Source of the DNA: Eledone cirrhosa
Lineage: Eukaryota
NCBI GenBank assembly: GCA_964016885.1
Contig: OZ024744.1
Location: forward strand, 74,896,001-74,960,000
Reading direction: 5' to 3'
DNA length: 64,000 bases
This document shows positions 12,601 through 32,338 of the stretch, one piece after another (positions within the stretch are counted from its first letter, which is position 1; every line of letters begins with the position of its first letter). A program made the position numbers and the translations under genes. The notes beneath the pieces were generated by a model. It was not told where the DNA came from. It saw nothing but the letters and a program-made list of their open reading frames with translations, and ran no database searches.

Positions 12601-13595
12601 CATAATAGAGATGATTTAAATCAGTAATGTTTAGTTTGTTTGTGATGATAATGTTTTTGAGAATTATGTTAGTCTTGTGTATTATCTTTTGGTTCTGTTT
12701 GGAGTTCTGGATCTTAGGGAGGGTGTCTCGTTGCCCGATGTCAAATTCTTTCATTTTCATCCATTCGATCATAATTTCATCCTTCAAGTTGGCAAGTTCA
12801 TTCTCACTCATTTCTTTATCATTTACGATCTCATCATTTTCATTTGGAGTTTCATCCTGAGCATGCACTCATTCCACTTTTTCGATCCTTTCTTTAATTT
12901 GTTCTGTTGCCAGTGATTCCGCCCCAACCCTGGGGTTCAAAGTGTTACAGTTTACCTCGTTTTCACTGACACATGTTTCATTTTCCCTTCGCTGACTTTG
13001 TGCTAATAGCTTGATCTGATCAATTTCTATATCAGTTAGTAACTTTTTTCTTACAATATTTCTTCGTATATTGGCTAGTTTGTTACTGTCAATATAGCCT
13101 CTGTTTTCGGGATGTTTCTTTTTCCAGTTGATATATGTCTGTTCTGTATTCGATGTATTTGATGGGTAGTACATGGCAGTGTAGAAAGCCTCAAGTACTT
13201 CTTTATTATCTTCCCTTGACCATTTTTCTCTCTTTTTCTTTGGATTTCTTGGTGGTGAGCATGGAGGGCCAACAGTAGGAGTATTCCGGTTATGGGAGGT
13301 CTCCAGCTCCGAAGTGATGGGAAGGTTTGAACCATTAGCTGATTTTCGGACCCCAGTCTGGTTCCTCTCTGAGGGACGCGGCCCTTTTTTACCCGGGCGA
13401 CGGCCGATCCCGTATGATATTTTATCATTAGACATTTACTTTATTTTGTCGCGTTTTATCCTTATCCGCCAAGGGGTAATCATTTCGTGTTACCACTTCT
13501 AGAACGAGTGTCAACCAAGACTAGAGGGGTCGTTCTCCCCTAGAGACACGGCTATTCCCCGCCGGCCGCCATCCCGGTATTTCTTGGTCACGGGG
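9641..13595 (-). mobile_element. R4/Dong-clade retrotransposon family B, full-length copy 1
   Basis: Same 5' and 3' termini as copy 2 (14678-18612); RT (HLFYMDDLKL), CCHC, RHD and RPDIIL..IDMSVP..EKLSKY nuclease; (TAA)n at the 3' end. Confidence 0.95.
9786..13435 (-). pseudogene. R4-B RT/RLE ORF with in-frame TGA (12869-12871) and a frameshift near 10358
   Basis: ORFs 12869..13435 and 10310..12868 are in the same frame; 9786..10409 carries the CCHC and RLE domains in another frame. Confidence 0.9.
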
Positions 13596-13681
13596 TTTTC
13601 TTTTTGTTGTTTTTTTAAATTGTTGGTATCATGAGTGGTTCCTTAATGTGAGCATTGCGTGGCTTAAGAATGAAATTATTA

Positions 13682-13731
13682 ATAATTGTCTCCACTCCAG
13701 GCACAAGGCCAGCAATCACCCAGTGCATTAC
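13682..13731 (-). mobile_element. SINE 3' fragment
   Basis: Reverse complement reads taatgcactgggtgattgctggccttgtgcc, matching the tail of the SINE copies. Confidence 0.65.
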
Positions 13732-14567
13732 AATAATATAATATACTTTTTGTTGTAGTTGGCTGTCATTGTTGTTGGCTATGTCGGTGGTGGTGCCGGG
13801 GCTTTTTATATTGTTGGTGAGGAAGGGGTGAGCCAGCAGTCCCATAGTTGTTGATGTTGACGTTTGGCCGGTGGCCAGGTCACTAAGTCAATCTATTTAT
13901 ATCTTTTGCTAGCCTCTCCCTTGTCTAGTGATACCACCACCTTCCCCTTTCTCTCTCAAGTTAACAGGGGAATAGTGGAGGTAGCATTGAAGGAGTGGTG
14001 GCGGCGACGATGGGATAGTGGTAGCAATGATGGATGTTGTGGCGTGGTGGCAGCGGTGGCGTTGTGGTTACTGATATGTAGTATCTATGAGTTTGTGTTC
14101 GTATGTTTAATATATATTTTTATTATATTTTGTGTTGACATATTCCCGTAAAATTGGAATTAAACATTTTTTTAAAATTTGAGACAATAATAATAGTAAT
14201 TATTATTATGATGCTGGTGAAATTGCCGTTATCTGGCTGTTATATTTAGTGTGATGGGATAGGTGGTGTATCAAATTTCTGGTGTTGGTGAAATTGCTGT
14301 TATTTGGCTGTTCTATATAGTGTAGACAGAGGGTGTTTTTTTCCCATTTATAAACATTTTCTTTTTTTTTAATACAAAATATATAATACAAAATTGAATA
14401 TTTGAGCGATACAACAATATAATATGGATCCGAAACGTTATGGGACCTGATTCGGTGGTTTATGCAACATTTGTACTAAGAATTGTTATTTCACAATTGA
14501 TTTAAATATGTCAAAAATCAAAAACTTACGGGAGCGATTTCATGACCTTCTACCACCTCGTGCGTCT

Positions 14568-18612
<4,045 letters not shown>

Positions 18613-18850
18613 TTATTATTATTATTATTATTATTATTATTGGCGACCTACGTAGGTAATCGTATTATCGTGAGCTCCGCAAAGGTTTGTTATTTCCGTT
18701 TGTTTAAAAATTGCCATTTATGGAAAATTTTATTGTAAACTGTTTATAAGCACACATACATTGTTTTCCGAAAAGGACACCCAAAAAGATTGGGGCCTTG
18801 TGCCCAAAATTTTAACTTTTATTATTATCCAAAAATTTCTTTGAAAAAAA

Positions 18851-20840
18851 ATGGCTAATTCCCCTCTTCACGAAGCAGCTGAAAGCCTTCCTCCAAAAAT
18901 AACACCTCACACCGACACCACCATTGTAAATGTTACTACGTTTGCCAACACAAAAAAAAATATAAGCAGTAGCAATATTTTAAATTTGTCTCAGGCAGAC
19001 ATTCATTTCCCGCCATTACCAATGACTGCAGGTGTTAAACCCTCCACCACCACCACCACCGCAACAACCACCACCACCACCACCACCGCGACAACAGAAA
19101 CAAAAGAAGAAAAAAATAAATTAACTCGTGACGTCGAAATGAAATCAAGCAAAATGGACTCTTCCGCACCAAAGACGACTGACGTCACCACCACCACAAC
19201 TGAAAATAAAATTAATATTAACGATAGCAACAACAACAACAATGACATTATAAAACCGACCCTCAGTTTCGCCATCGTAGCATAACAATTCGAAGCGTTC
19301 ACGGTAACCCAAGAAGATTTAGAAAATGCCAAACAAATGGTAAAGAAAGATGGGTACAGGGTCAGCCTCCCCCCCCCCCCCCACCTAATAAAATGGAGCA
19401 TCGGCACCTGTGCACCGTGTCGTATAGAACAATAAATGTAAAATCGCGCCGAGTGGAACGGGCATCCGAGTCCCAAATCCAAAAAGCTTTGGGACATGTG
19501 TGGGCAAGAAAAACCCACATCAGACGTGGGCAAAAGTATGGAACCGTGGATGTGTTCTTTGAAACACCAGAGGAGGCTAGAGAACACTCCATGGCCCCAT
19601 TAAAAAGTGACGACCTCACACTCGTCCCATGCTATTGTGGCCAGAGACTCGTAAAGATCAGGGTGACCCACGTTCCACCGGCCATCGAAATTCCCTGGCT
19701 AATAGCGGCTGTCCTCACCGGCATCGAAGCCAACACGACAATAATAGCAGTAGCAAAAGAAAAGCAGGAAAACTGGTCCGGATCTGGGATGGAGCTCCTG
19801 ATCCAAGCGGACCAAAAAAGCATTGAGGAGATCCCAGAGGTAATAGACCTCACTGACGGCAGCCACCTCACGGTAATTGTCGAGGGCAGAAGACCTAGGT
19901 GTGTCGTTTGTGGTGAAGGAACCCACCTAAGGGCTTTCTGCCCTCAGGCTAAAAGGTTGAGGCCACCTCTCCTACCCACCCCAGTGACAAAACCATCAAC
20001 ACCACCAGTAGCAGAGATGGCAGCAACAACTGTAGCAGCAACAACAGAAGCAACTATAACAGCAACAACCCCAGCAACAGTAGCAAAACCAACACCACTA
20101 CCACCACCAGCAAAACCAACACCACCACCACCCAACGCTTCAGAACTAGCACCAGCGCCTACACCATCCACCACACCACAACCAAAACTAACGGCTGTGG
20201 AGGATTTTCCACTCCCCGGCCTATCACAACTGGAGACAGATTGTGACGACGAGGAGTGGGAAACGATATCCGGAAAAAAAAAAGAAACCAAAAAAGAAAA
20301 AATTCTCTTCCTTCCCCCTCCAAAAACAAAATACAGAGGGAAACAAATAAACTAAGAAACAAAAAAGTTAGGACAGATATGCCACCATCCACACCAGCAT
20401 CACCAACCCCATCAACCCAAACACCAACACCATCACCATCATCATCCCCAGCACCACCATCACCTACACCACAAAAGTCACCAAAAAGCGAAACAGAAAC
20501 AAACCCACAACAAACGCAAACAAAACAAAACAACCAAAACGATACACACTACACAGCATTAAATTTGAACAACAAGCAATTATTACACTACATCCAACAC
20601 AACACCAGCATCACAGAAAAAGACTACACAACAACCCCAAAATTCACACCACCTCCACACATACAAATCACTCGCATCACACAGAAAACGTACATGACAC
20701 TAAAACAAAAATTCCCCAAAGACATCGGAGACTTCCGACAAGCACTCTCCAGGAGGATTTATAAGGACATCCTTCCTGAGGAGGCCACAAGCAGTGAAAA
20801 GGATGGAAAAGCCGTCCTTCCCCTACGAGAAGTAAGGTAA
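18851..20840 (+). pseudogene. LINE ORF1 (RRM-like region, CCHC knuckle, Pro/Thr-rich), disrupted
   Basis: CVVCGEGTHLRAFC knuckle; stop at 19283-19285; probable frameshifts at the poly-C (~19369-19382) and poly-A (~20274-20283) runs. Confidence 0.8.
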
Positions 20841-20874
20841 GTGGTCTTTCCCATCTTTTCCACTCCTTTTCAAC

Positions 20875-23800
20875 ATGACCTCACTCAGAATAGGCAGCAT
20901 AAATGCGCGTGGCTTGGGGTCGTCATGGAAGCAGGGCCACCTGCTCAACGACCTCAGGTCACTAAACATAGATGTAGTGGCCATCAGCGAGACCAGAATC
21001 TCCGAAGCACAGGCTTTCGCACCGATCTTCGGCGGCTACGATGTGTACGCATCTCCCAGCCGTCCGGGATCGGGGGGAGGAGTTGCTGTGCTTTTTCGGA
21101 GAGGTTTGGATCTTGCCATACGGGCCATCTTCCTGGACCCAGAAGGTAAGTTGGTGGTGCTGGACGTGACCAGCGGAGACGGGCAAGCTTTCAGGTTAGT
21201 GGCCGTCTATGCCCCGACAGGAGCAGGGCGGCCTGATTTCTTCCGGCGTCTGGAGACCTTTCTTGGAACGTCCCGCTCTTTAGTGTTAGTGGGCGACTGG
21301 AACGGGATCTTAGATGCACGCTGGGATTGTGTGGGATTAGTGGATAGGGAAGGAGGGTGCAAGAGTCTCACCAACCTGCTCAGACGTTTTGAACTGTCTG
21401 ACAGGTACCGACTGGATTTCCCGAATGTACCAATGTGGACTTGGACAAATCGCATAGGGTCATCCAGATCATATCTAGATAGAGTATTTTGTAGGGAAAT
21501 AGATAGGTCTAGCATAGGCTGTCCACAATTCAAGATAGTCAGCTACACGGACCACAAATTCGTGATCTGTGTGCTTGACTTAGATAGGCTTCAAAGACGA
21601 GGACCCGGCTACTGGAAGCTAAACGCGTCCTTACCAGCGCGCAAGGCCTACAGAGACCGGATTAGCGAACTAGTTAATCGGGCGTTGACGGGGGCCATCG
21701 TCAACAACAAGTGGTGGTTTGCTCTGAAAAGAGCAATTAGAATAGAGTCCATTAGGTTTAGTAAGACATTAGCAATAGAGAAAAATAGAGCAGAGGGAGA
21801 ATTAGTTAGAAAATTAGATGAGGCGCTTAGCAAAGGCATCGCGACCGACGTACTTGCGGCGAAATTGGCCCTTGACCAATTCTTCAATGCAAAGCACGAA
21901 GGCTGCGTTGTCAGAGCTAGGGTGCGTGCTCTCAGACACGAGGGGACGAAAGCCGTTGAATGGGCCCGAGTGGCGGAGGCGCGTCGTGGCAACAAAGCCA
22001 CGATCCGGTCTTTGGTGGACCACGACGGGCGCATGCTACTCGATCCCGGGCAAATGTGTGAAGCTTTTCAGCGACACTTCGCTCAACTGTTCGGGGGCAG
22101 TGGCGGGCCGGATCGAGGGATGGACTTTAGTGTCTACCTCGACGGACTGCCGCGGCTTTCGGCCACTGAGGCGGAGTGTTGCGAAAAGCCGATAACAACC
22201 GCTGAAGTACGGGATGCAATGACTAGTTGCACAAGGGGCAAATCGCCTGGTTTGGATGGTCTGCCCTATGAACTTTACGTACAAATGCCAAACTTGTTCG
22301 GAGGCCTCTTGGCGGACGTCTACTGCAACTGGCAACAGAACGGGAGAATTCCCAGCTCTGTGAGCCGAGGAGCGGTGGCGCTGCTGAGAAAGGATCCGAA
22401 CAAGGGGGATAACATAGATAATTTTAGGCCCATAACTCTGATAAACACAGAGTTCAAGATTTTGGCCAAGGTGCTAGCAAAGAGGTTGGCGCTTGTCGTT
22501 GGTGGTCTGGTGGGAGAGGCACAGACATGCGCCATTCCCGACAGATCCATCCACGACAACCTCCACCTCATGCGATACATCGTAGAGAGGGTAGCTAGGG
22601 AACCTGGCACGGGTGGGTCTTTGATCAATTTAGATCAGTCGAAAGCCTTCGATAGGGTCGACCATCGTTACCTAGCGGCAGTCCTGAGGGCGGCTGGCTT
22701 TGGGCCCGTCTTCAGAGGCTGGATCGCTGCCATGCACAGCGACATCTGCTCTGTAGTGAGAGTGAACGGTCACCTTTCGGAACCGTTCAACATCATGCGC
22801 TCGGTCCGCCAAGGATGTCCCCTCTCGTCCCTATTGTACGTATTGACTCTCGAGCCATTACTGCACAAACTGGAGACGTTGAGGGGGGTCCCGCGCGAAC
22901 TAGGATGCGGAAGATCCGTGTTAGCATATGCCGACGATGTCACCGTAGTGGTGTCGAACGCCAAACACATCGAGGCGATCGGCACTACACTAAGAGAATA
23001 CGAAGCGGTGACAGGAGCAATGATCAACCAGGAAAAGTCAGTGGGCCTGAGGCTCGGCACCTGGAGAGGCAGGTCCATGCCGTCCAACAGCGTCGTCGGG
23101 CGCTGGACGGACGGACCGGTTAAATTGCTAGGGGTTTGGTTCGGTCCAGACCTCCAGACGGACAAAAACTGGGACGAGGTGACGAGCAAGGTGGCTTCTC
23201 TCACCCAGAAATGGGCCGAGAGGAAGCTATCCCTAAAAGGTCGAGCGGAGGTGGCGAATGCGTACATCGCATCCGTCATCTACTACCGCCTGACCGTTGT
23301 ACCTTGTCCTAAGCCCCGCCTGACTGCGCTGGAGCGTTTGCTCTTTCGCTTCTTGTGGAAGGGACGCGCTCCGATGGTCAGGCGGTCCATCTGCTGTCAA
23401 CACCCGCTACGTGGAGGGCTGGGCATGCCGTGGCTGATGATGCGCAGACACGCGCTCAGGCTACGACATCTCCACCTCTTCCTCGACGGTGATCAGGTGT
23501 GGTCGCCGTTTGCAAGACACGTTTTTCCCCAGCTCGTCTCCTTGACGGAGCTGCAGTCCTGGGTCAAGCGAAGACCGAGAGGGAGCGCTTGGAGACTGGA
23601 ATGTCTTCAGGCGCTCACAGCCCTCGACCAATCGGGCAATGTGATCGGTGGAAACTCCACCTTGGCGTTCTATAGGGGATTAGTGGAGGGGAAGAGCGAC
23701 GATGTACTTGGAGAAACTCTAGGCGTCGACGAAAATCAACTAGCCAATCTCTTCGGAAGGACTTTCGGGCCGGGGCCTATGGACAACTTCCAGAAATCCC

Positions 23801-24294
23801 TGGCCTGGCAGTGCTACCGAGGAGCTTTGCCAGTTCGGGATAAACTCTACAGGCATGGAGGTGCCGTCAGCCGGGCATGTCCGAGATGCGCGCAGGGCGA
23901 CGAAACCGTCCTGCACGCACTCGTCCAGTGTCCGAGCATTGCTGACTTGTGGGTTTATGTCGAACACCTGCTGTCACGTGTAGGACGGATCCAGCTATCA
24001 GCTGAGTCCATCGTGAGGATTGCCCCGCCCCCTTCCTTTAGCCTGGAAGGGCAGGCAGTTTTTATCTGTCTGGTGGCCACGGCGAAAGAGATAGTATGTT
24101 GGACACGTTTGAAAGGGCTGAAGACGAGCACTTACCTCTTCGGTGATGCCCTGATTAACTTTTTCAAATTTCATTTGAAAAGGAAAATTAGGGTAGAGAG
24201 GGAAGTGCTCTCTTCCCAGCATTTTGTTGAAAGATGGGTGAGAGAAGCAAGTATGGCCCGAATGAATGGGCCTTCTCTGAGTATGTGTCTGTAA
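20875..24294 (+). CDS. LINE ORF2: APE endonuclease, reverse transcriptase and C-terminal zinc knuckle; intact, 1139 aa
   Basis: SINARGL, SET, VYAP, GDWN, SYLDR, TDH (APE); KSPGLDGL, RPITLIN, LDQSKAFDRV, RQGCPLS, YADD (RT); CPRC..ETVLHALVQC. Confidence 0.96.
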   Translation: MTSLRIGSINARGLGSSWKQGHLLNDLRSLNIDVVAISETRISEAQAFAPIFGGYDVYASPSRPGSGGGVAVLFRRGLDLAIRAIFLDPEGKLVVLDVTSGDGQAFRLVAVYAPTGAGRPDFFRRLETFLGTSRSLVLVGDWNGILDARWDCVGLVDREGGCKSLTNLLRRFELSDRYRLDFPNVPMWTWTNRIGSSRSYLDRVFCREIDRSSIGCPQFKIVSYTDHKFVICVLDLDRLQRRGPGYWKLNASLPARKAYRDRISELVNRALTGAIVNNKWWFALKRAIRIESIRFSKTLAIEKNRAEGELVRKLDEALSKGIATDVLAAKLALDQFFNAKHEGCVVRARVRALRHEGTKAVEWARVAEARRGNKATIRSLVDHDGRMLLDPGQMCEAFQRHFAQLFGGSGGPDRGMDFSVYLDGLPRLSATEAECCEKPITTAEVRDAMTSCTRGKSPGLDGLPYELYVQMPNLFGGLLADVYCNWQQNGRIPSSVSRGAVALLRKDPNKGDNIDNFRPITLINTEFKILAKVLAKRLALVVGGLVGEAQTCAIPDRSIHDNLHLMRYIVERVAREPGTGGSLINLDQSKAFDRVDHRYLAAVLRAAGFGPVFRGWIAAMHSDICSVVRVNGHLSEPFNIMRSVRQGCPLSSLLYVLTLEPLLHKLETLRGVPRELGCGRSVLAYADDVTVVVSNAKHIEAIGTTLREYEAVTGAMINQEKSVGLRLGTWRGRSMPSNSVVGRWTDGPVKLLGVWFGPDLQTDKNWDEVTSKVASLTQKWAERKLSLKGRAEVANAYIASVIYYRLTVVPCPKPRLTALERLLFRFLWKGRAPMVRRSICCQHPLRGGLGMPWLMMRRHALRLRHLHLFLDGDQVWSPFARHVFPQLVSLTELQSWVKRRPRGSAWRLECLQALTALDQSGNVIGGNSTLAFYRGLVEGKSDDVLGETLGVDENQLANLFGRTFGPGPMDNFQKSLAWQCYRGALPVRDKLYRHGGAVSRACPRCAQGDETVLHALVQCPSIADLWVYVEHLLSRVGRIQLSAESIVRIAPPPSFSLEGQAVFICLVATAKEIVCWTRLKGLKTSTYLFGDALINFFKFHLKRKIRVEREVLSSQHFVERWVREASMARMNGPSLSMCL

Positions 24295-24536
24295 ATTAAA
24301 GGTGGAAAACTGGGAGAGGGCACTTGCCCTGGTGGTCAGGGCCACTGTGGTCTTTTAATGGGCTTTCTCCACAAATGTCCCTTGGAAGTCTCCCCCCTAT
24401 TGGGGAATTTTTCTTTGTTATTTTAATTCAACCTCTGTTTTTTTACACGCAGAAATGCCCATTTGTACCGTCCTGTATTGTCCTGTACTGTCCTTAATGT
24501 CTACTTTATGTGAACCCTTGTGGTTAATACAGAAAA

Positions 24537-29440
<4,904 letters not shown>

Positions 29441-29809
29441 AACCATCAACCAATCTATTTCTACCTCTCACTCTAAGTATCCTACCTAAATATCATACCT
29501 ACAGCCTTCCTACATATCTACCTACATTTATTCAACCCTCTCTGACTATGTTTCCCTCAGTGGACAATATATCAAATTCAGTTTGAAAGCTATCGAAAAT
29601 CCCTGCAAAACTGCTTCAATAAGGAGATTATTATTTAATACCCATTTCAAGAAAATGAGAGTGTCTCTTAGTACCATGTCATCGTACAACCCTATCCTTT
29701 CTCCGAGAACATCTATTCCCTACATTTTCCTCATGACAAATGATATTCTAGTGGGCTCAATTAACTACCATAATGATATATCCTGTAACGTCACCATTAT
29801 TATTGTTAC

Positions 29810-29843
<34 letters not shown>

Positions 29844-29860
29844 TTATTTTTTTTTTTTTT

Positions 29861-30069
29861 TGAGTCTCAGTCATTGATGTTAGTTAACTGGAAAGTTTGT
29901 TTAAATGAATATCAAGCCACTACCTGCAGCCTCAGATATTCAGGATGTATCGGAGGGTTCTTGCTGTTACCAGCAAGCATGCCTTTTGGAGCGTTCCAAA
30001 AAGCGTGAAGGGGCCAATTTTCTTTAACTATCCCTGGAAACTTTTTGAGATAGTCCCTAGAGCGCCTAT
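29861..30069 (-). mobile_element. R4-A 3'-end fragment
   Basis: Matches 6749-6960; lies in a (TTA)n / poly-T context. Confidence 0.9.
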
Positions 30070-30087
30070 TATTATTATTATTATTAT

Positions 30088-30983
30088 TTGCATTTATCTT
30101 GCTTTATGTTTATACGAGTTATCACCAAGTCACAACCAGTGACCTCAAGAGACAACAAGGTCCGCCATGTTCAAGAAAGAACATACATATTCACACATGC
30201 ATCCTTAGTGTTTAGACTTGTGATGTACTTATATTGACAGGATCTTCCTTAGTATATGGGCAGTTCCCATTAGTACTATCTTTTGTATTTCTCCTATACG
30301 CGGGTTTCCTGGGATTTGCGATAAGTAGTCGTTAGACCCCTTAGGTATCATTCCCAGAGCGCCTACAACCACTGGTATTGTTTTAGTTCTCAATTTCCAC
30401 ATTTTTCCAATTTCTATCTCCAGGTCCTTATACTTGCTCAATTTTTCAAATGTTTTTATAGATACATTCTTGTCTATTGGAACAGACATATCAATTAGCA
30501 GGCATACCCTCCTTTGAAAGTCCTTCAATATTATATCAGGTCTATTTGCATCTATTTTTCGGTCTGTTTGGATGCTAAAGTTCCACAAGATTGAGATGTG
30601 ATCTTTTTCAAGTATGGGAGGTGGTTGATGCTCCCACCAATTCTTTTGATGGGGCAGGTCAAAATGCTTACACATTATCCAATGTATGTATTGTGCAGCT
30701 CTGTCATGCCTGTTTAGGTATTCGGTTGGAGCTATAGGACTGCACATTGAAATTATATGGTCAATGGTCTCTGGTTGTTTTTTGCATACACGGCATAATG
30801 GGCTGCACCCATTTTTTATTATGTTGGCTTGGTAATTTTTTGTTGGCAGACACTGATCTTGTGCCGATATAATCAGTCCTTCAGTCTCCGATTTCAGTCC
30901 AGAGGATGCCAACCACTGATGGGTTAAAGTTTTGTCAACATCAGGATTGTTAGCTCGCTCTGGGTATTTTCCATACAGAGGCT
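30088..30983 (-). mobile_element. R4-B 5'-truncated copy (CCHC + RLE + 3' UTR)
   Basis: The 227-aa ORF 30229..30912 is almost identical to 14823..15506; (TTA)n on both sides. Confidence 0.93.
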
Positions 30984-31004
30984 ATTATTATTATTATTGT
31001 TGTT

Positions 31005-31494
31005 CTTTGAGTCTCAGTCATTAATGTTATTTAACTGGAAAGTTTGTTGAAATGAATATCAAGCCACTACCTACAGCCTCAGATATTTAGGACGTATCGG
31101 AGGGTTCTTGCTGTTCCTAGCAAGCATGCTTTTGAAGTGTTCCAAAAAGCGGGGCGGGACCAATTTTCTTTAACCATCCTTGGAAACTCTTTGAGATAGT
31201 ACCTAGTGCGCCTATGACAATCGGGACGACCTTGATTTCATGGCAGTTCCAAATCCTTTTTACCTCCCACTTTAAGTTCTGATATAGGTTAATTTTCTCC
31301 CTCTCCTTCTCTTGCACTCTCGTGTCAAATGGGCCGGCCACATCTACAATCAGACACGATCTTTTTTCCTTGTCCTAAACCACCAGGTCAGGCCTTGTTT
31401 TTCCAGTTTCTTGTCCGTCTGTATCCTTCACCTGATCGTTTTCTATCACCGACTCTGTCTTAAGCTCATACCACTTCTCAGAATGTGGTAAATT
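31005..31494 (-). mobile_element. R4-A 5'-truncated copy
   Basis: Matches 6749-7237; RLE residues PFDTRVQEKEREKI; (TTA)n flanks. Confidence 0.9.
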
Positions 31495-31521
31495 ATTATT
31501 ATTATTATTATTATCATTATT

Positions 31522-31671
31522 ACAGTTGCATTTATCTTGCTTTATGTTCGTACTAGTTATCACCAAGTCACAACCAGTGACCTCAAGAGACAACAAGGTC
31601 CGCCATGTTCAAGAAAGAACATACATAAAACACATGCATCTTTAGGTCTTTAGACTTGTGATGTACTTATA
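31522..31671 (-). mobile_element. R4-B 3' UTR fragment
   Basis: Matches 9641-9790. Confidence 0.9.
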
Positions 31672-31850
31672 GTGGATTGGCAGCATCGGTAGCGGGTCGA
31701 ACGCCATGATTTGACTCATAGAGTTACGTCCCTTGCCATTCTGAGTTCAAATCCCGCCAAGGTTAACTTTGCCTTTCATCCTTACGGCGTCGATAAAATA
31801 AAGTACCAGTAATGTACTGATTTATTGCTGGCCTTGTGCCAAAAGTAGAA
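31672..31850 (+). mobile_element. tRNA-derived SINE with Nin/Deu-like central domain
   Basis: A box tggcagcatcgg, B box gagttcaaatcc, core gcctttcatccttacggcgtcgataaaataaagtacc, (AAT)n tail. Confidence 0.9.
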
Positions 31851-31892
31851 ATAATAATAATAATAATAATAACTATTATTATTATTATTATT

Positions 31893-32330
31893 AGCGACCT
31901 ATGTAGTAAATCGTATCACCGTGAACTCCGCAAACATTTGTTATTTTCAGTTGTTTAAAATTGCCATTCATGGTAATTTTTATTGTTAACTGTATATAAG
32001 TGCACATACATTGTTATCTGAAAAGGACACCCAAAAAGATTGGGGCCTTGAGCCCAAAATTTAAACTTTTATAATTATCAAATAAAAATCTTTCTTTGAA
32101 AGATCATGGATTACTCAGAGTCACTCCTTCCCCACAAACTAACACCTCACACCGAAACCACCATTGTAAATATTACTACGTTTGCCAACACTAAAAATAT
32201 AAGCAGTAGCATTATTTTAAATTTGTCTCAGGCAGACTTTCATTTCCCGCCATTACCAATGACTGCAGGTGTTAAAGCCGCCACCACCACCACCATCGCG
32301 ACAACAGAAACAAAAGAAACAAATAAATTA
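31893..32330 (+). mobile_element. Tx1 family C 5' fragment (5' UTR and ORF1 start)
   Basis: Matches 18642-19120; begins after (ATT)n; fused to an R4-A copy lacking its 3' tip. Confidence 0.9.
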
Positions 32331-32338
32331 TAAATTTT

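Noticed and set aside
31672-31760. tRNA gene (A and B boxes); likewise the other SINE heads and 63118-63190
   Set aside because: No cloverleaf could be drawn; the heads continue into SINE body and tail.
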